NCBI GenBank assembly: GCA_963837465.1
Contig: CAWINB010000004.1
Span: 724,393 to 788,392 of the forward strand
DNA from: Candidatus Doudnabacteria bacterium
GTDB taxonomy: Bacteria; Patescibacteriota; Doudnabacteria; UBA920
DNA: 64,000 bases
Direction of reading: 5' to 3'
Shown: positions 10,326-19,545 of the stretch, piece after piece
How the letters are laid out: every line of letters starts with the position of its first letter
How positions within the stretch are numbered: the first letter of the stretch is position 1
The notes under the pieces: generated by a model
Database searches by the model: none
The model's input: the letters and a program-made list of their open reading frames with translations, nothing else
Told to the model about the DNA's origin: nothing
Program-made: the position numbers and the translations under genes

Positions 10326-11171
10326 CTATATATTTTTTATTTCCGCGTAGCGCCACAGATTATTAAAATCATGATAAAATTCAGCACTTGCTTTTGGCAG
10401 GTATTTTTTTTGCCATTTTGTAATCAAAGCTTTGGCTTTTGGATCTATTTCCAAATAAATTTTACCTTTGGGGTTTAAATGGCCAGAAACTTCCCGCAAA
10501 AATCTTTCATAAATATCAAAATCCTTTGTCTCGTCAATCAAAGCGATTTTCGGCTCCCATACTAGATACTTAATACTGGATACATAATACTCTTTTGGCA
10601 CATACGGCAGGTTGGCAATAATTACGTCAAACCTGCCGCCAATGTTTTTAAAAAGGTCCGATTGGATAAATTTTATTTTCACATTGTGGATTTTGGCATT
10701 TTGCTTGGCGACTTTTAAAGCCCCGGACGAAATGTCGGACGCGTAAAATTCAAAACAAGGGCGCCCCTTGCGCCGCGCAAGGGGTGCCCTTGTTAGCAGT
10801 TTCGCGAGGGAAACAGCAACGCACCCGCTGCCGGTGCCTACGTCCAGAATTTTTAGAGGCACTCCGACTTTATGAACTTTAGAAACTTTAAGAACTTTAC
10901 CAACCAATTCTTCCGTCTCCGGCCGCGGAACCAGCGCATCTTTATTAACCTTAAGCCTCAGCCCCATAAAATCCTTATATCCCAAAATATAAGCCACCGG
11001 CTCGCCATTTTCCCCGCGTTTTATCATCCGTGTTAATCTGTCTGTTTGCGTCCGTGTTAGTCTGCGTTCCCCGTTCATATACAAAAACTCTTTTGGCCTT
11101 TTAAGTACATAAGCCAAAAGGAGTTCCGTTTCAGTGTTGTTAACTTTTTTCAAAGCTTCCCGTATCGTCAT
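10326..11171 (-). CDS. prmC: release-factor glutamine N5-methyltransferase PrmC/HemK
   Basis: LDVGTGSGCVAVSLA...NLPYVPKEYY (NPPY-type motif). The gene is adjacent to prfA. A 13-aa insert is encoded by palindrome B. Confidence 0.85.
   Translation of the reverse strand: MTIREALKKVNNTETELLLAYVLKRPKEFLYMNGERRLTRTQTDRLTRMIKRGENGEPVAYILGYKDFMGLRLKVNKDALVPRPETEELVGKVLKVSKVHKVGVPLKILDVGTGSGCVAVSLAKLLTRAPLARRKGRPCFEFYASDISSGALKVAKQNAKIHNVKIKFIQSDLFKNIGGRFDVIIANLPYVPKEYYVSSIKYLVWEPKIALIDETKDFDIYERFLREVSGHLNPKGKIYLEIDPKAKALITKWQKKYLPKASAEFYHDFNNLWRYAEIKNI
10754..10793. repeat. 40-bp GC-rich palindrome, family B (aacaagggcgccccttgcgc | cgcgcaaggggtgcccttgtt), inserted in-frame in prmC
   Basis: One mismatch between arms. 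It sits in an AT-rich coding context and encodes TRAPLARRKGRPC, which is absent from canonical PrmC between the GxGxG loop and the next strand. Confidence 0.75.
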
Positions 11172-11547
11172 TTTGATTAAATTCTTGTCGCAGTTTTTCT
11201 ATAAAGATTTTTTCCTCCGGCGAAAAATGGTTATACCGGACGCCTTTAAAATCGTACGGATTATAACCGGTAATATGACGAAGCCACCTATAAGCGGCTT
11301 CGCGATCAATTTCCATATAGTTTGAATCCGATTTTGATATTTCCTGTTCTATTTTTCTGACATAAAAACTTAGGATCAAAAGTTCTTTATTAGTTAAATT
11401 TTCTAACTCAAAGATGTTATTTATGTATAAACGAGCCCTCGCCAACTTGCGGCTAAATTCACTTTTTCCCTCAAAAGCTTCCTTGTCTAAGGGGTTATCG
11501 CTTTCAATTTCCATTTTTCCATTCGCGTGACCGATTAATTTAACCAT
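11140..11547 (-). CDS. hypothetical protein
   Basis: 135-aa ORF between prfA and prmC. It overlaps the prmC start by about 30 bp. No family recognised. Confidence 0.4.
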   Translation of the reverse strand: MVKLIGHANGKMEIESDNPLDKEAFEGKSEFSRKLARARLYINNIFELENLTNKELLILSFYVRKIEQEISKSDSNYMEIDREAAYRWLRHITGYNPYDFKGVRYNHFSPEEKIFIEKLRQEFNQNDDTGSFEKS

Positions 11548-11556
11548 AGAAAAAAA

Positions 11557-12627
11557 TTATTTTTTTAATGCTTCCTTCTTCGCTTCCAAATCCGCTCTTT
11601 GCAAAGCGTCTATTATATCGGCAAATTTTCCTTCCATTATCAAATTTATCTGGTTGAAGTTTTCGTTTATGCGATGGTCCGTAACTCTATCCTGCGGGAA
11701 GTTGTAGGTGCGGATTTTTTCACTGCGGTCGCCGGTGCCAATTTGCGACTTGGTAAGGTCGCGGACTTTTTTGCTCTCAATCTGTTCGTAATGGGCGGCG
11801 ACTCGCGCGCGGATTACGGCCAGGGCTTTTTCCCTGTTTTGGGCCTGGGAGCGTTCGTCCTGGCATTGGGCGGTTATGCCGGTGGGAATATGCGTAATGC
11901 GGATGGCAGAATAAGTCGTGTTCACCGATTGCCCGCCGTGTCCGCTGGAAGTTGTCGCTTCAATTTTTAAATCTTTGTCCGCGATGGCGTAATCTTTTTC
12001 CTGCAAAATTGGCAAAACCGCCACCGTAATTGTAGATGTATGCACGCGTCCGGATTTTTCCGTATCCGGAACCCTTTGCACGCGGTGCACGCCGGATTCG
12101 TACTTAAGCATTTGGTATGGGTGATGCTCCGCGGAAACCCGTCCGTAAATTTCAAAAATCACTTCTTTGAATCCGCCGGCATCGCTTTTTGACGAAGAAA
12201 CAATGTGCGGTTTAAAGCCAAAACTCTCCGCGAATTTGCCGTAAGCCCTGAACATTTCCGCCGCAAAAAGCGTAGCCTCGTCGCCCCCGGCTCCGGCGCG
12301 GATTTCCACAATCACGTTTTTGTCGTCGTTGGCATCGTGCGGTAGGAGCATCTCTTCAATTTTAGATTTAAGGTCTAAGATTTTTGATTCCAGTCGCCGT
12401 CCTTCGTCCAAAGCCATGCTTTTAATTTCCGCGTCGCTGTCCGTTAAAAGTTTTTGGTTGCCTTCCAGCTCTTTTTCCAGTTTTTCCGCTTCCCGGATTT
12501 TTTCCACAATAGGCATCAGCCGCGCCTGCCTTTTTCCCAACTTGGCCATGTCGAAACCGCCGCCCTGGGACATATCCAGGGTCAGCTGGTTGTATTCGGT
12601 TAGGATTTTTTGAAAAGAAGTTTCCAT
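11557..12627 (-). CDS. prfA: peptide chain release factor 1
   Basis: GGQ motif (SSGHGGQSVNTT) and the RF1-type PxT-region RVPDTEKSGRVHTS. The start is taken at METSFQKIL (12627). Confidence 0.9.
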   Translation of the reverse strand: METSFQKILTEYNQLTLDMSQGGGFDMAKLGKRQARLMPIVEKIREAEKLEKELEGNQKLLTDSDAEIKSMALDEGRRLESKILDLKSKIEEMLLPHDANDDKNVIVEIRAGAGGDEATLFAAEMFRAYGKFAESFGFKPHIVSSSKSDAGGFKEVIFEIYGRVSAEHHPYQMLKYESGVHRVQRVPDTEKSGRVHTSTITVAVLPILQEKDYAIADKDLKIEATTSSGHGGQSVNTTYSAIRITHIPTGITAQCQDERSQAQNREKALAVIRARVAAHYEQIESKKVRDLTKSQIGTGDRSEKIRTYNFPQDRVTDHRINENFNQINLIMEGKFADIIDALQRADLEAKKEALKK

Positions 12628-12644
12628 AATATTACACAGATCAC

Positions 12645-12676
12645 AGATAAGCACAGATTCACAGATTGATTATCCG
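12645..12676. repeat. four direct cacagat repeats spaced 7-10 bp, immediately upstream of prfA
   Basis: cacagat occurs at 12645, 12652, 12662 and 12670. Confidence 0.6.
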
Positions 12677-12758
12677 GTTAGTAAAGTTCTTAGGAAAATT
12701 TCAACTATCCGTTCAGTAATCTGCGTCAATCCGTGATTTGTGGAGCAATTATATTCTA

Positions 12759-12792
12759 TCACAAAAACGCCCCCTTATTACAGAGGGCGTTG
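12759..12792 (-). terminator. putative rho-independent terminator of rpmE
   Basis: On the minus strand, aacgccc...gggcgtt is followed by tttgtgat. Confidence 0.45.
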
Positions 12793-12800
12793 TTAAGCGG

Positions 12801-13064
12801 TTACTTTTTGACAGTCCGGGCTTTGCGTTCTTTTTTCGGCTTTACGGCGGCCTTGATGCCGGCCGCGGCAATGGCGCGCTTTTTGAACTTGTCAATGCTT
12901 CCGGCCGCGTCCAAAAGCTTCTGCTTGCCGGTGTAAAAGGGATGGCACTGGCTGCAGACTTCGGTATGCAAAGCGGTTGCCGTGGAGCCGGTGGTAAAAC
13001 TGGCGCCGCAGGCGCAACTGACAACAACGGCGGTATTAAATTGGGGGTGGATGGCGGGTTTCAT
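12801..13064 (-). CDS. rpmE: 50S ribosomal protein L31 with a Lys-rich C-terminal extension
   Basis: [11 protein letters not shown]...[13 protein letters not shown]...DKFKKR. Confidence 0.85.
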   Translation of the reverse strand: MKPAIHPQFNTAVVVSCACGASFTTGSTATALHTEVCSQCHPFYTGKQKLLDAAGSIDKFKKRAIAAAGIKAAVKPKKERKARTVKK

Positions 13065-13209
13065 GGAATTATATAAAATTAAATATTCAAAATATTTCCA
13101 CTTATTTCGCTATAATTCGTGAAGTATATTTCCGTTTATTTCTAAAATATGATGGAAATAAATAGAAATAAGGAAATATCCGGAAATACAGTTAACATCA
13201 TACAATGCC

Positions 13210-13238
13210 TTGCGTTTTTCGTCAAGCCCTGCTATAAT
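13210..13238 (+). promoter_or_regulatory. sigma70-like promoter for rpsB-tsf (ttgcgt - 17 bp - tataat)
   Basis: Hexamers are at 13210-13215 and 13233-13238. A GC hairpin ggcgccgat/atcggcgc in the leader at about 13380-13405 may be an S2 autoregulatory structure. Confidence 0.45.
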
Positions 13239-13415
13239 TCGGTAGTTACAAATTAATCAAACATATCCCGCATATCTTCCTCACTTTTAGCAATCAGGCC
13301 AAAGGTGCCGCGGGATAGAAGGAAAGGATAGTAGCGTATTCACCATTTATGGGCGGTCTTTGTATCTAAATACTTGGATACTTGGCGCCGATAAATCGGC
13401 GCGCTACATAAAACC

Positions 13416-14150
13416 ATGAAAGACATCACCCTGTTAGACCTGCTTAAAAGCGGGGCGCATTTTGGGCATACCACGTCGCGGTGGAACCCCAAAATGAAGC
13501 CGTATATTTTTACCACCCGCAACGACATCCATATTATAGATTTGGAGCAGACCAAAAAAGCTTTAATTAAAGCGGCGCAGTTTGCCAAAGATTTGGCCGG
13601 CAAAGGCGGCACCATTTTATTTGTCGGCACCAAGCGCCAGTCCAAGGATATTGTTAAAAATACGGCTTCTGCCTGCGGTATGCCGTACATAAACGTACGC
13701 TGGCTCGGCGGCACGTTTACCAATTTTAAAACCATCCAGCGGACCATCCGCAAGCTGGAAAAATTGGAGAGCATGAAAGCGTCCGGCGAACTGGAAAGCC
13801 ATTACACCAAAAAAGAACGGTTGATGGTGGAAAGGGAAATAGAGAAACTGAAGAAATTATTTGAGGGTATCCAGAATATGAAAAAATTGCCGGAAGCGAT
13901 TTTTGTCACGGACGTTAAGCATGACGACATCGCCATCCAGGAAGCCAAAAAAAGCAAAGTAAAAATTATCGGCCTGGTGGATACCAACTGCAGCCCCGAA
14001 GGCCTTGACTTTCCCGTTCCCTGCAACGACGACGCCACTAAAGTCATCGAACTTATGTGCGCCGCCGTTTCCGAAGCCATAACAGAAGGCCGCCAGGCGC
14101 AGACGGTGGTAAAGATTGAAGAGCAAAGCAAAGTTATTGAGCAAAAATAA
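13416..14150 (+). CDS. rpsB: 30S ribosomal protein S2
   Basis: LLKSGAHFGHTTSRWNPKM... The protein is collinear with S2. Confidence 0.95.
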   Translation: MKDITLLDLLKSGAHFGHTTSRWNPKMKPYIFTTRNDIHIIDLEQTKKALIKAAQFAKDLAGKGGTILFVGTKRQSKDIVKNTASACGMPYINVRWLGGTFTNFKTIQRTIRKLEKLESMKASGELESHYTKKERLMVEREIEKLKKLFEGIQNMKKLPEAIFVTDVKHDDIAIQEAKKSKVKIIGLVDTNCSPEGLDFPVPCNDDATKVIELMCAAVSEAITEGRQAQTVVKIEEQSKVIEQK

Positions 14151-14171
14151 ATAAAATTTTATTTAATTCAT

Positions 14172-14765
14172 ATGACACACGATCTCATTAAGGAACTCCG
14201 GGAACTGACCGGAGCCGGTATATTGGAAATTAAAGCCGCGCTGTCCGAAGCTGACAACAATAAAGAAAAGGCCGTGGAAATTTTGCGCAAAAAAGGCGCG
14301 GTTAAGGCCGGCAAAAAAGCGGACCGCGTAGCCAACGAGGGTTTGGTGGAAGCTTACATCCATCCCGGCGGCCGCGTGGGCGTGCTGCTGGAAATTAACT
14401 GCGAAACCGATTTCGTGGCCCGCACCGAAGATTTTAAAACTCTCGCCCGTGACCTGGCTCTGCACATTGCCGCGGCTAACCCTCTGTATGTTTCCATGAC
14501 CGATGTCCCGGCCGAAGTAGTGGAAAAGGAAAAGGAAATTTACAAAGAGCAATCGGCCGCCGGCATAAAGGGCAAGCCCGAAGACATTGTCAATAAAATC
14601 CTGGAAGGTAAAATTGCCAAATATTACGAGGAGGCCTGCTTATTGGAGCAGCCGTTTGCGAAAAACGGGGACTTAAAAGTAAAAGATCTCATTGCCCAGG
14701 CCGTGGGAAAAATGGGCGAGAACGTGGTGGTTAAAAGATTCTCCAGGTTTGTGCTGGGAAATTAA
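14172..14765 (+). CDS. tsf: elongation factor Ts (short form)
   Basis: LRELTGAGILEIKAAL...EINCETDFVAR. It is immediately downstream of rpsB. Confidence 0.9.
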   Translation: MTHDLIKELRELTGAGILEIKAALSEADNNKEKAVEILRKKGAVKAGKKADRVANEGLVEAYIHPGGRVGVLLEINCETDFVARTEDFKTLARDLALHIAAANPLYVSMTDVPAEVVEKEKEIYKEQSAAGIKGKPEDIVNKILEGKIAKYYEEACLLEQPFAKNGDLKVKDLIAQAVGKMGENVVVKRFSRFVLGN

Positions 14766-14812
14766 TTGACCGCGAATTAATTAACTGAGATAATGAAAAT
14801 GCGGATTAATTT

Positions 14813-15700
14813 TTGTCATTTTCGCTCAATTTTTTAATTTTGTCATTTCCTTTTCCCTTGTCCTACCAAATCATCCCCAACGTTATTTTTATTTTTTCCG
14901 TGCTGGCGATTTTGCTTATAATCCTGCGCCGCCTGCCGGATGCCGCCGTCGATTCCACCGAGCCCAGACAGCCGTCCGCCCACACCAACCTGGCCGCCAA
15001 GGGTCTGCCGGTGGAAGCGTTGTCCAAACTCCGCGTTTATTTGCGGCTGTGGTTTAAAAGGGCCTGGAATTTTATTCTAGAGGCCAAGGACTTAAAGCCT
15101 TATTCCGCGGCCGGCTATCAGATGAAAAAGATTTTTGGCGGTAAATTCCCTGGCGCGCAGAAAAGCCCCCAGCCAAAACCCGCGCCGGTAATCTACGATG
15201 TTAAAAACGAAAAATATTACCTGGACATTATTAAATTGCAGCCTAAAAATTTGGCCAATTACGATGGCCTGGGCAGGTTTTATATAGAGCGGGAAAATTT
15301 TAGCGATTCCCGGGATATCTATCTTTATTTAACCAGCCACCAGCCGGCCAATGCCGATTATCACGCCCGTTTGGCTTACTGCCTTTACCAGGTTAAAGAT
15401 TACCAAAAGGCGGCCGAAAGTTATAAACAATCCCTGGCTCTTGATTCCACTCAGCCAAACCGCTATTATAACCTGGCGCTTTGCCAGGAAGCAGCGGGGG
15501 ATTTGGCCAGCTCCGTAACCAGCCTGCAAACCGCGACGCGTTTGGAAAGCGGCAACATTAAGTATTATTTAAGCCTGTCCGCGATTTTGACAAAAACCGG
15601 CAACACCCAAAAAGCCAAAGAAATTTTACAGCAAGCCGCGCGGCTGGATCCGGCTAACGCGACCGTAAAGGAAAAGCTGGCCAGTTTGAATTACAATTAA
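14813..15700 (+). CDS. membrane-anchored TPR-repeat protein
   Basis: An N-terminal TM helix is followed by at least three TPR units (AxxY...A...Y...AL..DP). Confidence 0.6.
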   Translation: MSFSLNFLILSFPFPLSYQIIPNVIFIFSVLAILLIILRRLPDAAVDSTEPRQPSAHTNLAAKGLPVEALSKLRVYLRLWFKRAWNFILEAKDLKPYSAAGYQMKKIFGGKFPGAQKSPQPKPAPVIYDVKNEKYYLDIIKLQPKNLANYDGLGRFYIERENFSDSRDIYLYLTSHQPANADYHARLAYCLYQVKDYQKAAESYKQSLALDSTQPNRYYNLALCQEAAGDLASSVTSLQTATRLESGNIKYYLSLSAILTKTGNTQKAKEILQQAARLDPANATVKEKLASLNYN

Positions 15701-15769
15701 CAATTAACCTCGGCGCCACTGTCGTTAATTGTAAATTGTTAATCGTCAATTATTTGTCCCAACCCCCGC

Positions 15770-15845
15770 GCCGTTGTAGCTCAGTTGGTAGAGCAACTCC
15801 ATGGTAAGGAGTAGGTCATCGGTTCAATTCCGATCAACGGCTCCA
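15770..15845 (+). tRNA. tRNA-Thr (anticodon GGT)
   Basis: Cloverleaf as read: GCCGTTG/CAACGGC acceptor stem, anticodon loop ATGGTAA, T-loop TTCAATT, and an encoded CCA. Confidence 0.85.
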
Positions 15846-17330
15846 GTAACAAACATTTTCATTTTTTTCAAATTTTTTTAGAGATGCGCGAAGCGCATCG
15901 CTCGGTGGAATGGGGCGAAACTCAATTCTGCCATTATGCAGCAAGGGGTTCGAGCCGGAAATTTTCAATGCAATGGATTTTTTGGGGTGCAGTTCGGGCG
16001 AAAGCGTTATTTCGCCCAGTTTTTGTGCGTCTTTTATCCATTCCCGCATCGGTTCGAGCCAAGAAACAGACCCCCTGCGGAGATCGGTGATTTTCTCCTC
16101 CAGCGTCTTCTTATCCGAGAGCAGGCTTGCCTTCTCTCGAAGATATGACTCCCGGTCAATATCTTGGTCTAACAGGGCGGTAAGAAGGCGTTGGAGTTTT
16201 GCCTCAATAGCCAAAACTCGGCCTTTCATCTCTTGGCAGGCATTTGTGGATAACTGGCTATCCTGCTTAGCGTCCTGGTCCGCCATTTTTAAAAGTTCAG
16301 CTGCACCTTCCGGGGGCAGGACAAATTCTTTGAGAGTTTCGTTAAACAATCTGGCCAATGCTGCATCCCGGATGTATGACTGGGAACATTCAGTATTCTT
16401 TTTGGTACAGCGGTAATAGATATAATGATGAACTTTGCCGGAGACTTGCCGCTTGAGTTTGTTCTCGGCGGTAATGCTCCGACCGCACTCGCCGCACTTA
16501 AACAGCCCGCATAAGGGCTGCGACTCGTTCTTAGGCTTTTTATGAGGCCTACCACGGTCTTTAAGGACCGTTTGGACACGGTCAAACAACTTTTTGGTAA
16601 TTATGGCCTCGTGGTTACCTTGGTACAACTCACCGGCATACCAAAAATGACCGTAGTAAAAAGGGTTTGAGAGGATAACCGCCGACCGATCTCTGGGTAT
16701 GGTTTTTCCACCGGTTGTAAAAATTCCATGTTCAGCAAAAAAATTTGATATATCCTCCAAGCGGCTATCGCCTTGGGCGTAAAGTTCAAAAGCGGCCTTT
16801 ACGACTTTTGCTCGCTTGCGGTCAACGGTAACTTTTTTTATTCTGATGTCATTTAAATAGCCCAATGGGGCCAAGCATGGGTAGTCACCACGCCGGACTT
16901 TCTCGTAAAGTCCGCGTTTGGTGTTGGCGCTTAAGTCTAAAATAAACTGATTGGCCATACCGAGTTCAACCGCCATGACAAGAACATTGTCGGTAGGGTA
17001 ATAGCTTCGGTCGTGGGTTTGGACATGTTGAATCCTTCCCTTTTGGAGCATCCAGCTAATCTGGCCACCGTCAATCGGGTTACGGGCAAGGCGATCCAAC
17101 TTCCAGCAAATAATGCCCTGGGCTTCGCCCTGCTCAATCCGGGCTAGCATATCCGCAAACACCGGACGGCCGGGCTTCTGTGCGGATTGCTTTTCAACGA
17201 ACTCTTGGGCAATATGGAGGCCATCCTGGTTTGCTAATGCTCGCAATACAGCAAGCTGGTCATCAATAGACCGAACTTGCTTGTCTTCCACGTCAGTTGA
17301 TTTACGGGCGTAGAGAAAATAGTTTGACAT
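15834..17330 (-). CDS. large serine recombinase (resolvase catalytic domain + recombinase domain + zinc ribbon + coiled coil)
   Basis: YARKSTD...S..DQ catalytic region, a CxxC...CxxC zinc ribbon, and 498 aa in total. The last 4 codons overlap the tRNA-Thr 3' end. Confidence 0.85.
   Translation of the reverse strand: MSNYFLYARKSTDVEDKQVRSIDDQLAVLRALANQDGLHIAQEFVEKQSAQKPGRPVFADMLARIEQGEAQGIICWKLDRLARNPIDGGQISWMLQKGRIQHVQTHDRSYYPTDNVLVMAVELGMANQFILDLSANTKRGLYEKVRRGDYPCLAPLGYLNDIRIKKVTVDRKRAKVVKAAFELYAQGDSRLEDISNFFAEHGIFTTGGKTIPRDRSAVILSNPFYYGHFWYAGELYQGNHEAIITKKLFDRVQTVLKDRGRPHKKPKNESQPLCGLFKCGECGRSITAENKLKRQVSGKVHHYIYYRCTKKNTECSQSYIRDAALARLFNETLKEFVLPPEGAAELLKMADQDAKQDSQLSTNACQEMKGRVLAIEAKLQRLLTALLDQDIDRESYLREKASLLSDKKTLEEKITDLRRGSVSWLEPMREWIKDAQKLGEITLSPELHPKKSIALKISGSNPLLHNGRIEFRPIPPSDALRASLKKFEKNENVCYWSR
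15841..15987. repeat. IR-L: 147-bp segment (tRNA 3' end ctcca + recombinase 3' tail). Its inverted copy is at 19374-19520.
   Basis: Direct comparison of the reverse complement of 19374-19520 with 15841-15987 gives about 6 mismatches over 147 bp. Confidence 0.85.
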
Positions 17331-17418
17331 ATTTTGATTTGGCTTAGTGAATAAAGTTTGCTATCATTATATTGAAATAATAATACACTCAATATAATAC
17401 TATCAAGTTATTGAAATT

Positions 17419-17625
17419 ATGGCAATTCAAAATAACATAGGCGCAAATATTAAAAAGTTAAGGACTATATCGGGGTTATCGCAAGAAGACTTTGCAAAAA
17501 AGTCTGGCGTTAAATATACAACCCTGACAAAGATTGAAAGTGGGGTTATAAAAACTCCCTCGGTTTTAATTATGGCAAAAATTGCAAAGGCTTTAGGTGT
17601 TACGATTGAAAATTTAATAAAATAA
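17419..17625 (+). CDS. XRE-family helix-turn-helix transcriptional regulator
   Basis: LRTISGLSQEDFAKKSGVKYTTLTKIESG. It is transcribed divergently from the recombinase. Confidence 0.8.
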   Translation: MAIQNNIGANIKKLRTISGLSQEDFAKKSGVKYTTLTKIESGVIKTPSVLIMAKIAKALGVTIENLIK

Positions 17626-17637
17626 ATTTGCCCTTTT

Positions 17638-18741
17638 ATGGTGGAAGCGCCTGCGAACAAACAAATATGGTCTAACTCAAATCTATCAGAGGTTTTGCCT
17701 GGTATTGTTTTGCCTTTGGTTTCCAGCACTGTCATTAAAGTTGTGACAGAAGGCTTTGGGACTATCTTTCCCCTCAAAGCACAAGAGGAGATTTTAAAAG
17801 ACTTTAAAGGGAGAATTTATTTTAACGCCACCTTGGTAGAAGATATATTAAAAAAATTATTGGATTTGCATAAAGTCAGCCTTGAACAGATTTTGGGTGG
17901 TGACCAATCGGAATTTGGATTCGGGCAATCCCTAAAGTTTCCAAATAAGATACGCCTCGGAGCTTTTGTTATTAAACAGCTTTTACTTTCTTTTTTCGCC
18001 CAAATATATATTAAAGTTAGGTTTATTTCTTTTCGTAAGCACATTGATAATTATCTGCAAAACATAAAACGGGCTAATACGACCGATGAATTAAACCGAC
18101 AGTTTAGGCATATATCTAACTTTATTAGCAGTTTAGTAAACCCTGCTTTTCAAGCATTATTTTATCCTATTGCATTGCATCTTTTATTTTTAGAACTTTG
18201 TAAAAAATGGCTCGGGGCAGGATTTAACGAGCAGGCGCAAAATTTGCTGGCGGACGGTAAAAGCGACATTGAATTAGTGCACGCAATGGGTATGCTATGG
18301 AACATAAAGGAAGGGATAAGCAAAGACCCAAAATTCAAGCAGGAGTTTTTGGTTTCTTCCAATGCCAATGAGGCTATAAGCGTTCTCCGAAAGAACCAAG
18401 GGGTATATAAAAATTACTGTGATTTTTTGAATAAATTTGGCCAGCGTTGCATTAAGGAAATGGACTTTTCTTTGCCCCGCTGGAATGAAGACCCAACTTT
18501 TATAATTACGCTTATAAAAAAATATATTGAAACTCCCGACGGACAAAGCCCCTTAAAAAATAAAATTTTATTGGAGCAAAAAAATCTGATAGCAGTCAAC
18601 CAAGCTCGTCAGAATTTGTCCTGGTGGAAATATCATCTCTTAATGTTTGTTTTAAAGAAGTCAACTAAAGGATTGAATTTGAGAGAAAGGTGCAAGTTGG
18701 AATCTGGCCACATATTCCAAGTGCTTAGGTCTTTTTTTTAA
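17638..18741 (+). CDS. PEP-utilising-enzyme-family protein fragment (central region; no N-terminal ATP-grasp domain)
   Basis: Weak similarity to the middle part of PEP synthase/rifampicin-phosphotransferase-type enzymes. It continues in the next ORF after an 11-bp gap. Confidence 0.35.
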   Translation: MVEAPANKQIWSNSNLSEVLPGIVLPLVSSTVIKVVTEGFGTIFPLKAQEEILKDFKGRIYFNATLVEDILKKLLDLHKVSLEQILGGDQSEFGFGQSLKFPNKIRLGAFVIKQLLLSFFAQIYIKVRFISFRKHIDNYLQNIKRANTTDELNRQFRHISNFISSLVNPAFQALFYPIALHLLFLELCKKWLGAGFNEQAQNLLADGKSDIELVHAMGMLWNIKEGISKDPKFKQEFLVSSNANEAISVLRKNQGVYKNYCDFLNKFGQRCIKEMDFSLPRWNEDPTFIITLIKKYIETPDGQSPLKNKILLEQKNLIAVNQARQNLSWWKYHLLMFVLKKSTKGLNLRERCKLESGHIFQVLRSFF

Positions 18742-18752
18742 AGCTGGGCGAA

Positions 18753-19319
18753 TTGTGGGATAAAGAAAATTTAATTATAGAACCATCTGACATTTTTTAT
18801 TTTACTGCCTCGGAGCTAAATGGTTTTTTACAAACAAATTCTTTGGGTAATAAAAACCTATTCAATATCGTGGCCGAACGTAAAGCCGAATACCAGCACT
18901 ATGCCAAAATTAGTATGCCCGACAGAATTTTTGGAAATGAATATGACGAGTTTGCAAGTATTAAGGATGTTGCTCAAAAAGACCAGAGCTTGCCAATACA
19001 GAAGGAGCTCAAGGGGGTCGGAATTAGCGGCGGAGTTGTTGTAGGAATTGCACGGGTTCTTATGTCAGAAAATCAAATCTCGGAGATTAAGCCTGGAGAA
19101 ATTTTGGTCACAGACCATACTGACCCTGGTTGGACTCCAGTCTTTGGGGTGATTAAAGGGCTGGTTACCAATGTTGGTGGTCGCTTGTCCCACGCTTCCA
19201 TAGTAGCGAGAGAATACGGACTGCCGGCTGTTATAAGCGTTCCGAATGCCACAAAGATTATTTCAACAGGGCAACATATTTCACTTGATGCTAATAATGG
19301 AACGGTTAAAATTTTATAG
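18753..19319 (+). CDS. PEP-utilising enzyme mobile (phosphohistidine) domain protein
   Basis: VTDHTDPGWTPVFGVIKGLVTNVGGRLSHASIVAREYGLPAVIS is the canonical swivelling His-domain motif. Confidence 0.65.
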   Translation: MWDKENLIIEPSDIFYFTASELNGFLQTNSLGNKNLFNIVAERKAEYQHYAKISMPDRIFGNEYDEFASIKDVAQKDQSLPIQKELKGVGISGGVVVGIARVLMSENQISEIKPGEILVTDHTDPGWTPVFGVIKGLVTNVGGRLSHASIVAREYGLPAVISVPNATKIISTGQHISLDANNGTVKIL

Positions 19320-19373
19320 AATTTTACACAGTAACAATATTTAATTATTTTCTCTGCGTTTGCGCCCTGCGTC

Positions 19374-19520
19374 TCCCCAAAAAATCCATTGCATTGAAAA
19401 TTTCCGGCTCGAACCCCTTGCTAAAAAATGGCAGGATTGAGTTTGACCCCATTCCACCGAGCGATGCGCTTCGCGCATCTCTAAAAAAATTTGAAAAAAA
19501 TGAAAATGTTTGTTACTGGA
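19374..19520. repeat. IR-R: inverted copy of the tRNA-end/recombinase-tail segment
   Basis: See IR-L. The plus strand here encodes ...PKKSIALKISGSNPLLKNGRIEFDPIPPSDALRASLKKFEKNENVCYW. Confidence 0.85.
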
Positions 19521-19545
19521 GAGAGCTGTATGACAAAGTCCGCAC

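Noticed and set aside
10296-10330. Hairpin ggaggcgcacctgtgcctcc + T-run as a terminator between the TonB-C-like gene and prmC
   Set aside because: The T-run is separated from the stem by about 8 nt and the stem is short. This was not confident enough to list as a feature.
13340-13774. 144-aa minus-strand ORF spanning the rpsB start
   Set aside because: It overlaps the rpsB promoter, leader and 5' coding region in antisense, whereas S2 conservation is unambiguous.
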